Shown here: positions 9,572-20,057 of the stretch, piece by piece
How the letters are laid out: each line of letters opens with the position of its first letter
Numbering within the stretch: the first letter of the stretch is position 1
Source of the DNA: an uncultured Solirubrobacterales bacterium
GTDB lineage: Bacteria; Actinomycetota; Thermoleophilia; Solirubrobacterales; 70-9
Direction of reading: 5' to 3'
Assembly (NCBI GenBank): GCA_963746615.1
Contig: CAVVBU010000017.1
Location: 27,404 to 91,403, forward strand
Length of the DNA stretch: 64,000 bases
Translations under genes and position numbers: made by a program
The notes under the pieces: generated by a model
What the model was told of the DNA's origin: nothing
Database searches by the model: none
What the model saw: the letters and a program-made list of their open reading frames with translations, nothing else

Positions 9572-10759
9572 ATGTTCCTCTACCGGACGTTCGCGCTCGA
9601 CTCGCGGGTCGAGCGCGAGGCGCGGACCCTGACCAGGTTGGGGCATGAGGTGGAGGTGCTTGCGGTGCTGGATGACGGCCTGCCCGCCTCGGAGCGACGC
9701 GACGGGTACGGCATCCGGCGCCTCGATCCGCACGGGCTCCCCAGCCGGATAGCGTGCGCGATTGCCTCTTCCCGGCTGCCGAGCCCGCTTCGGCGCGTCG
9801 CCCTGCGGACTCGCTGGTTCTGCTACTGGCGCCGCTGGCTGCAGCGCGCCCGGAAGGCCGCGCTGGAGCGGCCCGCAGACGCTTACATCGCGCATGACCT
9901 CGACGCCTTGCCCGCCGCCGCCCGTGCCAAGCGGCGAACGGGGACCGCCCTGATCTACGACTCGCATGAGCTCTTTCCGGACATGGCGGGAAGAGCGCAT
10001 CGAGGCCGACTCGAGCGGAGAGCGTGGATCGCCTACGAGGGGCGCCTGATCCGCCATGCCGACGCGGTGTTCGCGGTTACTGGCTCGAGGGCCGCCGAGA
10101 TGTCGCGCCGGCATCGCATCCCGCCACCGCGCGTGCTCCGAAACGTGCCCGAGATCGACTCCGCCCCCGGGGAGGTCACCGGCCTGCGCGAGCGGCTCAC
10201 GCTGCCGGAGAACGTCAGGGTTCTGTTGTACCTCGGAATGTTGCAGCCGAGCAGAGGGCTCGAGCGTGCGATCGAGGCCTTGGCGATGCTTCCCGGCTGT
10301 GTGCTGGTGGCGATGGGCAAGGGCGAGAGGAGCTACGTGCGCTCCCTGCAGGAGTTCGCGGCCAGCAGGGGCGTTGGAGGCGCGCTCCACCTGCTCGCGC
10401 CCGTCCGGCCGCACGAGGTGGCCCAGGCCGCCGCCGGGGCGGACGCGGGCCTCGTGCTCAACCCGAACACGGCGCTCAACAACTACCTGAGCCTTCCCAA
10501 CAAGATCTTCGAGTACCTCGCCGCCGCCGTCCCGGTGGTGGCCAGCGACTTCCCCGACATGGCCGGGTTGATCGCGGAATGGGATGTCGGCGAGACCTGC
10601 GATCCCGAGGATCCCGCCGACATCGCCAGGGCGATTCGCGCGGTGATCGACGATCCTGTGCGCCGCGAGCGGCTGGGCGCGAACGCGGCAACAGCGTCGC
10701 GGACGCTCAACTGGGAGCTCGAGTCGAAGGTGCTCCTGGAGACGCTCGGGTCGCCTTGA
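9572..10759 (+). CDS. glycosyltransferase family 4-like
   Basis: From ATG at 9572: MFLYRTFALDSRVEREARTLTRLGHEVEVLAV ... LSLPNKIFEYLAAAVPVVASDFPDM. Confidence 0.8.
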   Translation: MFLYRTFALDSRVEREARTLTRLGHEVEVLAVLDDGLPASERRDGYGIRRLDPHGLPSRIACAIASSRLPSPLRRVALRTRWFCYWRRWLQRARKAALERPADAYIAHDLDALPAAARAKRRTGTALIYDSHELFPDMAGRAHRGRLERRAWIAYEGRLIRHADAVFAVTGSRAAEMSRRHRIPPPRVLRNVPEIDSAPGEVTGLRERLTLPENVRVLLYLGMLQPSRGLERAIEALAMLPGCVLVAMGKGERSYVRSLQEFAASRGVGGALHLLAPVRPHEVAQAAAGADAGLVLNPNTALNNYLSLPNKIFEYLAAAVPVVASDFPDMAGLIAEWDVGETCDPEDPADIARAIRAVIDDPVRRERLGANAATASRTLNWELESKVLLETLGSP

Positions 10760-10800
10760 CGCCGGAATTCTCAGGCCAGCGCTGACAGTACGCTGCGGGC

Positions 10801-12192
10801 GTGCAACGTCACCTCGGCGGGGGTGTGCTCGCCTCCAGCGCCGCGCAGCTGGCGATCCTCACCCTCGGGGCGGCCACCAGCGTCGCCATCGCTCGGATCC
10901 TCGGCCCGAGCGGGACCGGCTCGTTCGCGCTCGCGGCCAACTTCTTCGCCATCGCAACCGTGGTCGTCGGGCTCGGCCTCAAGCAGGGAATCGTGGTCAG
11001 GGTCGGCTCGGGACGCTGGCGGACGGCGGAGGCCGTCCGCGACCTGACGCTTGCGGTCCTGGTGCAGGGAGTCGCCGGCGCCATGGCCGCGCTGGGAGTA
11101 CTGGAGTTGCTCCGCGACGGCGCCCTGGCGGGAATCCCGGCGGAGGCGAGGCCGGCGCTGGCCGCGGCGATACCGCTCGGGCTCAGCTGGCAGTTTGCCT
11201 GGAACCTGGCTCTCGCCAGGGAGCGCTACGAGGCGTTCGCGGCGGTCCAGGCGCTGCCGAGCCTGCTCGCGCTGGTCACCGGCGTCACGCTGGCGCTCAC
11301 CTCCGGGGTCACGGGCGCAGTCGTCGGCCTCGCCATCGCTCAGGCTGTGGCCGGGGTCCTCGCCTGGGGCTGGGCGACCCGCTTCGCCGGCGCCGGCGCC
11401 GCCATCGGCTCACCGCGGGAGTCCTGGTCGCGATTGCGCCCGGCGATCTCCTTCGGGCTGCAGACCTGGGGCACCGAGCTGATGCAGTTCGTCAACTACC
11501 GGTTCGACCTCTTCTTCCTGGCGGCCTATGCGACGACCTCCCAGGTCGGGATCTATTCGGTGGCGGCGACGGTGACGAGCATCGCGCTGGTGCTCCCACA
11601 AGCCGTGGCCACCACGGTGATGTCGCGGACGGCCGCTCTCGAGGGCGCCGTCGGCCGGGGAGAGATCGAGCCGCGCCATGCCGACATCAGCGACGCGCGG
11701 GCGGTGCGCCACACGGTGATCCTGCTTCCGGCCGCCGCCGTCGGGGTCTCGCTTCTGCTGCTCGTCGCCGTCCCGCTGCTGTACGGCGACGCGTTCAATA
11801 CGGCGATCCGGCTCGGCTTCATCCTGCTTCCAGGCACGCTCTTGCTCGGGCTCGCCCGGGTTCTGGGCTCGGTCTTGATGGGCCGCGGCCATCCCCGCTA
11901 TCCGCTCTTCAACGTGCTGCTCACAGTGCCACCCACCGTGACCGCGTACGTGCTCGTCATCCCGGGCTCGGGGGCGACGGGCGCTGCGATCGTCTCCTCG
12001 GCCTCCTACACGCTGAGCGCGCTGATCAGCCTCGTCTTCTTCAGGCAAGTCACCGGGATCCGCCTGCGGGACGCGGTCGTGCCCCGGCGGGAGGACCTGA
12101 GCACCTATCCCGAGGTCTGGGGGCTCACCCGCGAGTACGTTCGCTGGGGGGCGGCTCTGCTGCGGGGCTCGCGATCGGGTGACGGCCGGTGA
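10801..12192 (+). CDS. oligosaccharide flippase (Wzx / MOP superfamily polysaccharide biosynthesis protein)
   Basis: 463-aa ORF, highly hydrophobic with multiple predicted TM segments. N-terminal SSAAQLAILTLGAATSVAIARILGPSGTGSFALA is typical of Wzx-type flippases. GTG start. Confidence 0.8.
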   Translation: MQRHLGGGVLASSAAQLAILTLGAATSVAIARILGPSGTGSFALAANFFAIATVVVGLGLKQGIVVRVGSGRWRTAEAVRDLTLAVLVQGVAGAMAALGVLELLRDGALAGIPAEARPALAAAIPLGLSWQFAWNLALARERYEAFAAVQALPSLLALVTGVTLALTSGVTGAVVGLAIAQAVAGVLAWGWATRFAGAGAAIGSPRESWSRLRPAISFGLQTWGTELMQFVNYRFDLFFLAAYATTSQVGIYSVAATVTSIALVLPQAVATTVMSRTAALEGAVGRGEIEPRHADISDARAVRHTVILLPAAAVGVSLLLLVAVPLLYGDAFNTAIRLGFILLPGTLLLGLARVLGSVLMGRGHPRYPLFNVLLTVPPTVTAYVLVIPGSGATGAAIVSSASYTLSALISLVFFRQVTGIRLRDAVVPRREDLSTYPEVWGLTREYVRWGAALLRGSRSGDGR

Positions 12193-12237
12193 ACGCGCCT
12201 TTCGTCAGACGGGCCTGCGGCCGATCGTTGATTGGGC

Positions 12238-13822
12238 ATGAGCATGCGGAAGGCGATCTCATTGGCGAGCTTGACGGTGGCCGTCGTGCTGGCCTGCGCG
12301 GCGCCCGCCCAGGGCGTGCAGCTGCGGCAATTCGGAGCCCAGGGCTTCTCCTCCGCCCGCTACATCACCGCGCCGCCGGGTGACCCCAGCCGCGTGTTCG
12401 TGGTCGAGGCCGGCGGCACGATCCGCCTGGTCCGTAACGGCTTCACCCTGCCCAATCCGTTCCTGGACATCAGCGACGACGTCGTGGGCGGAGGGGAGAG
12501 AGGCCTGTTCTCGATGGCCCTTGCGCCCAACTACGCGAGCAGCGGGCTCTTCTACGTCGCCTATACGGTGGATGCGTCGCCGGGCGAGCACGATCTGCGC
12601 CTGGAGGAGTTCAGGCGGTCGGCCCAACGAGAACGTCGCCGACCCCGCGAGTGGGCGAGTCGTGCTCGAGGTCCCCCACCGATCGTTTGCGAACCATAAC
12701 GGCGGCCAGCTCCAATTCGGCCCCGATGGCTACCTCTACTGGAGCACCGGGGACGGAGGCGGCGACCTCCAGGACAACGCCCAGGACACGCGCGTGCTGC
12801 TGGGCAAGCTGCTGCGGATCAGCCCCTACGGCGACGATCCGGGCGACTACACGGTGCCACCGTCCAACCCCTACGCCGACGCGGGCGACCCCGGCGCCGA
12901 CCAGATCTACGCGGTCGGCCTCCGCAACCCCTGGCGTTTCTCCTTCGACCGCCTCACCGGGGACCTGACCGTCGGCGACGTCGGCCGGAGTCGGAGGGAG
13001 GAGATCGACTTCGCCTCCAAGGGGACCGGCCTCGGCGCCAACTTCGGCTGGGGCTGCTTCGAGGGCAACCTTCCCTACGACCAGGGCGGGCCCTTCTGCG
13101 ATGAGCTGATTGACCATCACCCGCCGGCGCTCGACTACGACCGCACCAACTTCAACTCAGCCGCGGTCGTGGGCGGATACGTGGTCCGCGACGGGGCGCT
13201 GCCGAGCCTGCTCGGCCGCTATCTGTTCGCCGACACCTACTCGGTCTTCTCCGACCACCTGCGGGTGACGACTCTGTCGGCCTCGGGGGCGAGCGGGACC
13301 GGCAACCTGGGGCCGACCGCCTCCGGGGTGGTCTCCTTCGGCGAGGATGCCTGCGCCCATGTCTACGTCAGCGCCGGTTTCGGTGACCGCGTCTACAGGC
13401 TCGAGCCCGACGCCGGCGACTTCCCCTGCCTGCCGCAGAACGGCCCGCCTCCCGATGACCTCGTTCCCCCCAACCTGGACCTCGATCTGAGCGGCGCCAG
13501 GCGGGCGGCCAAGCTGGGCCTGCTCCGCGTCGGCGTCGCCTGCGACGAGCCCTGCTCGGTTTCGGGTCGCGCCTCGATCAGGGTCAAGGCGAAGCCCCGG
13601 GCAGGGATCGAAGCCGCCAAGCTGCTCGCCGACGCGGACAGCCTGGACCTCGGGGCGGGCGCCGATGGCCTCCTGCGGCTCGAGCTGTCGGCAGGAGAGC
13701 GTCGGCGCCTGATGGGCTCACTGCGCCGCGGCGCCCGCGCGGTTGCCTCGATCTTCGTCTCGGCCACCGACGCGGCCGGCAACCCCGCCGAGGCCGAGCG
13801 GCGGCTGCGGCAGAAGAGGTAG
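12238..13822 (+). pseudogene. PQQ-dependent sugar dehydrogenase (sorbosone/glucose dehydrogenase-like), frameshifted
   Basis: Signal peptide MSMRKAISLASLTVAVVLACAAPAQG. The beta-propeller motifs (GLFSMALAPNYASSGLFYV; HNGGQLQFGPDGYLYWSTGDGG; GLRNPWRFSFD) are split between ORFs 12232..12699 and 12380..13822. The frames join at about 12615-12630 (EEFRRSA / NENVADP) with one extra C in a C-run. Confidence 0.75.
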
Positions 13823-14592
13823 CTACAGCGAGATCGGGATCCCGGCCTCGGGGCCGTGACCGCGATCGGAGTCGCGGAAGTCGCGGATCGCGTCGAGCAC
13901 GGCGGGGTCGTACTTGGGGCAGACGAGCATGTTGGTCCAGGCGGTCGCGGCGACCTGGTAGGGCATGTCGTCGTTCGGGTACATCAGCATCCCATCCGGG
14001 CTCTCGTCGAAGACGCCCTTGAGCGCGAGCTGGTCGCTCTCGGGCAGGTCGGAGCTGTATTGGATCTCGATCCGGCCGTGCTCCATCGAGTGCACGAAGT
14101 TCCTCACATTGGGCGAGCTCGAGGTATCGGTGTTGAGTGGCGTCCGGTAGGCGCCGTCGGCGGTCGGCGTCGGATTGTGGTTGCCTGAGGTCGGCGGGTT
14201 GGTCTTGTAGACCACCTTCTCGGAGTCGGCGACGTGGTTGGCGCCCTCGTCGGGAAGGTTCTCGCGCAACTCGCAACCCGCGGCCTTGGCGGCCGCCGCG
14301 ACGTCGCCGAGTTGGACCTCGGGGGGCGGCGTGCCGGTGCGGCAGTCAAGCTCGAGCCCACTGAAGCTCCCGGACTGTGACTGCACGTGCGCCTCGCTGC
14401 AGTCGGGGGTCGCGCTGCCGCCACTCTTGTCGCCGGTGACGACCACCACCAGCCCCACGACCACCGCCAGGGTCAGGAGCCCGGCGACGAAGTAACCCGC
14501 GACGAGCCGGCGCCGGCCGCCGCCCTGGGCGCTGCGCTCCTGCGCCAGTCGCTGCTGGCGCAGGCGCTCTTCTCCTCTTTTCTGCTCGCCAT
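13823..14592 (-). pseudogene. DUF3105 domain protein, N-terminal frameshift
   Basis: The body matches DUF3105 (PPTSGNHNPTP ... FVHSMEHGRIEIQY ... WTNMLVCPKYD). The ATG at 14592 gives MASRKEEK and then leaves the frame. The in-frame continuation RLRQQRLAQERSAQGGGRRRLVAGYFVAGLLTLAVVVG (TM anchor) has no start codon of its own, so an indel is implied near 14564-14572. Confidence 0.65.
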
Positions 14593-14638
14593 TCGAAAAA
14601 GGAAGTCGCCGTCCCGCGGAGCGCGAGGGTAGCGGAAC

Positions 14639-15475
14639 TCAGGTCTCGGCTGCCGCGGGTTGCTCCGGCGAGGGCGTCGCCGAGCCGTTCCAGACGCGTT
14701 CCAAGAAGGCGGCCAGCTCGTCGTTGAGGCGATTGGGCGAGACTCGCCACTCGAGGATCGAGTTGGCCGTCACCAGGTGCGCGTTGGGCAGCTCCTCGGC
14801 GAGCATGCCGGAGTCCGAGAAAGGGTGGAGGGGGTCGGCGCGATGGCCGATGACGAGGGCCGGTTGCTGCAGCTTGACCCGCTCGTCGTGATGGGGCGCG
14901 GCCCGCCCAAGGAAGAGTCCCTCGAGCACGGCGGCCGAGGGCTCCGGATCCTGCCTGATCCAGTCCAGGCCGATGTCGATCAGGTAGTTGGAGCGCGGCA
15001 GGCGGTTCGCAACGCCGGAGAGCAGCTTCAGGGCCGGCTCGCCGAAACGCAGCATGAGCAGGATCGGCGTGAAAATAGCCGCGACCGCGAGCAGTGCGTT
15101 GTCGAGAACGGGCATCTCGACCATCATTCCGCGCACCCTCTGCGGAGCGATGTTCGCGGTCTCCAGGGTCACGTTCGCCCCCAGGGAGGTACCGCCGATC
15201 ACCGCCTGCTCCAACTCCAGGTGGTCGAGCAGCGCGACGATCTGCTCGCCGAACAAGGTCATCGAGTAGCTGGTCATCTCTGCTGGGCGGTCGGAGCTCC
15301 CGTGGCCGAGCAGGTCCACCGTGATCACCCGGTTTCCCCTCGAGGCCATCGCGGGCGCCAGGCGGTCGTACATCCGCCTGTTCATCAACAGGCCGTGAAC
15401 GAGCACGAGGGTGCGCTCGCCCTCTCCGTGCTCCTCGTAGGAGATGCTCATCCCCTGGTGCCGAAACTCCGGCAT
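14639..15475 (-). CDS. alpha/beta hydrolase
   Basis: LVLVHGLLMNRRMY ... VIGGTSLGANV (G-x-S-x-G nucleophile elbow); 278 aa. Confidence 0.85.
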   Translation of the reverse strand: MPEFRHQGMSISYEEHGEGERTLVLVHGLLMNRRMYDRLAPAMASRGNRVITVDLLGHGSSDRPAEMTSYSMTLFGEQIVALLDHLELEQAVIGGTSLGANVTLETANIAPQRVRGMMVEMPVLDNALLAVAAIFTPILLMLRFGEPALKLLSGVANRLPRSNYLIDIGLDWIRQDPEPSAAVLEGLFLGRAAPHHDERVKLQQPALVIGHRADPLHPFSDSGMLAEELPNAHLVTANSILEWRVSPNRLNDELAAFLERVWNGSATPSPEQPAAAET

Positions 15476-15485
15476 CCGGCGCAGT

Positions 15486-16409
15486 CTATGCGGCGCCGGG
15501 GCGCCTGCTCTCGACCGGCCGCGCCTGGCGCTCCCAGGGCCGCGAGGCGCGCAGCGCGGCCAGCACCGCGCGCGTCGCGGGGGCGCGGTTGAGCGCGTAG
15601 AAGTGGATCCCGGGAGCGCCGCCCGCGAGCAGCTCCGCGCACTGCTGGGCGGCGTAGGCGACGCCCAGGTTGAACTCGGCTCGCTCGTCCCCGCCCACGG
15701 CCTCCATCGCCGCCGCCAGCGATTCGGGGATCGACGCCGCGCAGAGGTCGCAGATGCGCTTCACCTGGCCATAGCTCGCCACCGGGATCACGCCGGGGAT
15801 GATCGGCACCTCGATCCCGGCCGCTCGGGCCGAGTCCACGAAGTCGAAGAAGACGCGGTTGTCGAAGAACAGCTGGCTGATCAGGAAGCTGGCGCCGCTG
15901 GAGACCTTGGTCTTCAGGTAGTCGAGGTCGGCCTCGAGGCTCGCGGCCTCCGGATGCACCTCGGGGAAGCAGGTGCCGCCGATCGCGACCTGCGGGTAGT
16001 GCTCCGAGATCATCGCCGCCAGCTCGGCCGCGCTGCGCAGGCCACCCTCCGGCTGGGCGAAGTCGTCAGTGCCGCGCGGGGGGTCCCCACGCAGCGCCAG
16101 CACGTTCTCGATCCCGGCGTCGGTGAGCCGGTCGAGGATCTCGCGCAGGCCCTCGACGGTCTCGCCGACACAGCTCAGGTGCGCCATCGTCTCCACGCCG
16201 TAGTCCCGCTTGATCGCCTCGGTCATCTCGACCGTTCCATCGCGGGTGGCGCCGCCGGCGCCGTATGTGACCGAGAAGAAGGCGGGCTCCAGCTCGCGCA
16301 GGGCCTCGACGGTCTCGAACATGGCAGCGCGGCCCTCTTCCGTCTTGGGCGGGAAGAACTCGACCGAGAAGCACGGCCGGGTCGTCGTCAGGATCTCGTC
16401 AACGTGCAC
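15486..16409 (-). CDS. metF: methylenetetrahydrofolate reductase
   Basis: FSVEFFPPKTEEG ... FFSVTYGAGGATRD ... MAHLSCVG ... NVLALRGDPP are hallmark MetF motifs. Confidence 0.9.
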   Translation of the reverse strand: MHVDEILTTTRPCFSVEFFPPKTEEGRAAMFETVEALRELEPAFFSVTYGAGGATRDGTVEMTEAIKRDYGVETMAHLSCVGETVEGLREILDRLTDAGIENVLALRGDPPRGTDDFAQPEGGLRSAAELAAMISEHYPQVAIGGTCFPEVHPEAASLEADLDYLKTKVSSGASFLISQLFFDNRVFFDFVDSARAAGIEVPIIPGVIPVASYGQVKRICDLCAASIPESLAAAMEAVGGDERAEFNLGVAYAAQQCAELLAGGAPGIHFYALNRAPATRAVLAALRASRPWERQARPVESRRPGAA

Positions 16410-16547
16410 TGAGCGCGAATGGTAGGAACCTTGGGACCCCGAGGTGAGCGAATCGGCTCAAGAGCGTGCACGAACCCGCCGGCGCTGGATCGCGCTGGCC
16501 GCGATGTTCCTCGCGTCAGGGCCCTGAACCAGGCCACCGCTCCGAGG

Positions 16548-17180
16548 TCAGCGTTGCCGGGTGGCGTCCTCCGTCGTCTCCGGCGTTGGAGCCCGGGTCA
16601 GGGGGACCAGGTTCCAGTGGGCGACGGCGGGGTGCTCGTGCTCGGTCGCCATCACCGACAGTGAGGCCGTGCCCAGGGTCAGCGCGCGACCCGCTATCCC
16701 GCCGAGCTTGAGCCAGCAGCCGGCGAGAACCCGCGAGCAATGGCCGTGGCCGAAGAGGGCGATCCGCTGGTCCAGCCGCTCCCGCAACTCCGCCAGCAGC
16801 GGCTCAAGGCGCCGCACGACGTCATCGAGCTGCTCTCCGCCGGGGCAGCCGTCGGTCCACAGGTCCCAGCCCGGCCTCTCGGCCTGGATCTGCTTGGTGG
16901 TGCGCCCCTCGTATTCGCCGTAGTTCCACTCGGTGAGGCGCTCGTCGGGCTCGGGCTCCAGACCGCACAGCCGAGCGGTCTCCGACGCCCGTCGGCGTGG
17001 GCTGGAGAGCACCAGGTCGAAGTCGATGCCTTCGAAGCTCGCTGCCAGCCGCCGAGCCTGCTCGCGGCCGGCCTCTGTCAGCGACACCTCGGTGGAGCCC
17101 GTGTGCTGGCGACTCTTGGTCCACTCGGTCTCGCCGTGCCTCGCGAGCCAGATCTCGGGCAGGGACACGGCCGGGAGCAT
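16548..17180 (-). CDS. histidine phosphatase family protein (phosphoglycerate mutase-like)
   Basis: IWLARHGETEWTKSRQHTGSTEVSLTEAGREQA carries the RHG catalytic motif. A later FGHGH is also present. Confidence 0.85.
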   Translation of the reverse strand: MLPAVSLPEIWLARHGETEWTKSRQHTGSTEVSLTEAGREQARRLAASFEGIDFDLVLSSPRRRASETARLCGLEPEPDERLTEWNYGEYEGRTTKQIQAERPGWDLWTDGCPGGEQLDDVVRRLEPLLAELRERLDQRIALFGHGHCSRVLAGCWLKLGGIAGRALTLGTASLSVMATEHEHPAVAHWNLVPLTRAPTPETTEDATRQR

Positions 17181-17347
17181 GGACGTCGCGGCGGACGCTG
17201 GTTAGCTGTGCCGGCCGACCTGTCGCGGACCTCGGCGGCGGGCGAGTGGTGGGTTCCCGCCCCAGACCGAGATCATCGTCTGCAATACGCCGAGCGCCCA
17301 CCCCTGCTACGCCGCCGGCTGGGCCGGCCCGCCCTGATCCCGCGGCG

Positions 17348-18857
17348 CTAGGCCGCCTCGGAGTAAGCCGGTTCCGCGTCGCCAGCCTCCGCCGCCTCGA
17401 GCGAGGCTCGCTCCTCGGGCTGGATCACTGTGATCGCGACGGCGATCGCGGCCACCACGAGGATGGCTCCGATCAGGAATGCCAGGTGGTAGCCGCTGGT
17501 CAGCGCCGAAGCCGTCGAGGACCCGTTGTCGATTAGGTTGTCGCTGCGCGTGCTCGACAGGGTCGCCAGCACTGCCAGCCCCAAAGCGCCGCCCACCTGG
17601 GCCGTCGTGTTGACCAGGCCCGACGCGAGGCCCGCATCCTGAACCGTGGCACCCGACATCGCCAGCGTCATCAGCGCGGGGAAGCAGACGCCGATGCCGA
17701 GGCCGAGCAGGACCATCACCGGCAGGACGTGCTGCACATAGCCGCCGTCCACGGGCGCCCGTGTAAACAGCGCGAGCCCGATGGCGATCAGCACCGTGCC
17801 GGCGATCAACGCCCTGCGGGCGCCGAACCGCATAATCAGCGGCTCCGAGTAGCGGATCGAGAGGGTTCCCATCACGAGCGTCGCGGGTAGGAAGGCCAGC
17901 CCGATCTCCAGGGCGTCGTAGCCGAGCACCCGCTGCAGGTAGAGGGCCCCCATGAAGAACATCGCGAACATCCCGGCCACCAGCAGCGCCTGGACCACGT
18001 TGGCCCCCGAGACGTTGCGCGAGCGGAAGATGCGAAGCGGGATCAGCGGGTTGGAGGTGCGCGCCTCGCGCACGATGAAGGCAGCCAGCAGCGCCAGAGA
18101 GGCCGCGCCGAGGCCGAGCGCAGCGGCCCGATCCCCAGCCGTAGTCGGCCGCGGGCTTGACGATCGTGTAGACGCCGAGCATCAGCGAGCTCGTGATCAG
18201 CACCGCGCCCGAGACGTCCGCCCCGTCGCCGAAGCCGATACCCCGGTCGCGCGCGAGCAGGCGCAGCGACAGGATCGCCGTGGCGATCGCGATCGGGACG
18301 TTGACGAAGAAGATCCAGTGCCAGTTGATGGCCTGGGTGAGCACGCCTCCCGCCAGCAGCCCGATTGTCCCACCCGCGGAGGCGACGAAGGCGTAGACGC
18401 CCATCGCCCTGGCCTGCTCCCGCGGCTCGGGGAACATGGTCACGATCATGCCCAGGATCACGGCCGAGGTCATGGCGCCGCCGACGCCCTGGATGAAGCG
18501 CGCCCCGACCAGCATCGCCTGGGACTGGGCAAGCCCGCACAGCAGCGAGGCGGCGGTGAAGATCCCGAGGCCGGCCATGAAGACGCTCTTGCGCCCCAGG
18601 ATGTCGCCGAAGCGCCCAGCGAGCAGGAGCAGGCCGCCGAAGGCGATCAGGTAGGCGTTGACGACCCAGGCGAGGCTCGACTGCGAGAAGCCGAGGTCGT
18701 CCTGAATCGACGGCAGCGCTACGTTGACCACCGTGACGTCGAGCACGATCATCAGCATCCCCGCGCAGAGCACGTAGAGGGCGATCCAGCGGGTATGGTC
18801 GCTGGACGCCGCCGGCGGTCCTGTCTGCTGGTCGATCGATCTGACGTGCTCGGTCAT
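17348..18857 (-). pseudogene. MFS transporter, DHA2 (EmrB/QacA) type, frameshifted
   Basis: The N-terminal half (ORF 17307..18857 frame: LDVTVVNVALPSIQDDLGFS ... GRFGDILGRK) and the C-terminal half (ORF 17348..18073: NPLIPLRIFRSRNVSGANV...) are in different frames. They join near 18120-18135 (YGWGS / RAAALGLGAASLALLAAFIVREARTSNP). Confidence 0.8.
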
Positions 18858-18917
18858 CCCGCTTCCCTTCTGTCCTCGTTGTCAGTCTTCACTACAGACC
18901 GGCCGGGGTCCCAAAAC

Positions 18918-19373
18918 TCATCGGCCTGTCGCCCGGAGCTCCTCGTCCAACGCCTCGAGCAGGCTGCCGGTGCCCTGCTCACGCTGGGACGGGGTGTCGT
19001 GGCCGTCAAGGAACGCGCCCTGCTCGGTGAAGATCAGCCGCGTGCCCGCCCCCTTGGGCCGGAACTCGACCGTCGCCAGCGAGACCGATATTCGCGTGTC
19101 GCCCATGTGCATGTCGTATGTGTAGACGATGCGCTCGTCCGCCACGATGTCCTGGTAGCGAGCGTTGAACGCGAATACCGGGCCGCCCTCGGGGCCGCCG
19201 CGAGTGACCTCCCCCCCGCCAACCCGAAAGTCGAGTTCGTGTGTGCCGTCGGATGCCCCGAACCAGCGGGCCTTGGCCGCCGGGTCGGACCATGCGGCGA
19301 AGACGCGAGCGGGCGAGGCCTCATAGGTGCGCTCCACGACGAAGGTGGCGTGCGTGACCGATCTCTCCTCCAT
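18918..19373 (-). CDS. SRPBCC family protein (Aha1/AHSA1-like)
   Basis: [32 protein letters not shown] ... RIVYTYDM ... [20 protein letters not shown] is a typical AHSA1-domain pattern. Confidence 0.8.
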   Translation of the reverse strand: MEERSVTHATFVVERTYEASPARVFAAWSDPAAKARWFGASDGTHELDFRVGGGEVTRGGPEGGPVFAFNARYQDIVADERIVYTYDMHMGDTRISVSLATVEFRPKGAGTRLIFTEQGAFLDGHDTPSQREQGTGSLLEALDEELRATGR

Positions 19374-19532
19374 GCCTGCTCCTTGGTTTCGCTAGTCGGG
19401 GTGCCCGGCTCCTCGCAGCGGAATCGGCCCGCCTGAGATCCTGCCGGACCGATGAGTCTCGCCCCGGGCGGCAGTCTTAGGGTTACGTTCCAATCACCAG
19501 GCGCCGGGCTGCCGGCGCGGAAAGGAGACACC

Positions 19533-19910
19533 ATGGGACAGCCAGTAGTCCACTTCGAGGTCATCGGCAAGGATGGCGCCGCGTTGCGGTCCTTCTACTC
19601 CGACCTGTTCGGCTGGAAGATCGACGCCGACAACGAGATGAACTACGGGATCGTGCAGCGCGACGGGAACGTTTCCCCGGACGGCGTCGGAATCGGCGGC
19701 GGCGTCGGAGTCGCGCCGGAGGGCTATGACGGTCATGTCACCTTCTACATCGGGGTGTCCGACGTCGAGGCCGCGCTGGCCAAGGCGGAGAGCCTCGGCG
19801 GCTCGCGGATGATGGGCCCCGACAAGGTCATGGAGCAGGTCGAGATCGGCCTCTTCCACGACCCCGAGGGGCACCTGGTCGGGGTCGTCAACACGAGCGA
19901 GCAGGGCTGA
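19533..19910 (+). CDS. VOC family protein (glyoxalase/bleomycin-resistance fold)
   Basis: ATG at 19533 preceded by AAAGGAGA. MGQPVVHFEVIGKDGAALRSFYSDLFGWKI ... FHDPEGHLVGVV. Confidence 0.8.
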   Translation: MGQPVVHFEVIGKDGAALRSFYSDLFGWKIDADNEMNYGIVQRDGNVSPDGVGIGGGVGVAPEGYDGHVTFYIGVSDVEAALAKAESLGGSRMMGPDKVMEQVEIGLFHDPEGHLVGVVNTSEQG

Positions 19911-19935
19911 GCGCGCCAAGACGCGTCGCCATCCT

Positions 19936-19960
19936 GGGGCCCCGCTGCGGCGGGGCCCTT
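19936..19960. terminator. GC-rich hairpin between convergent genes (possible bidirectional terminator)
   Basis: GGGCCCCGC-tgcg-GCGGGGCCC forms a 9-bp perfect stem, followed by only a weak T tract (ccTTcgcc). Confidence 0.4.
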
Positions 19961-20057
19961 CGCCGTCATTCCGCTATCGAAATGAGTTGGAGTCAGCCGG
20001 ACGACTTTCGAACCCGGACTTCGTCACGCGGCTTGGGCTGGCAGGAGCGCGTTCGTC

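Noticed and set aside
16410-16547. Possible SAM riboswitch in the 138-nt gap upstream of metF
   Set aside because: I could not find the conserved SAM-I, SAM-IV or SAM/SAH cores. metF is probably co-transcribed with the upstream histidine phosphatase gene.
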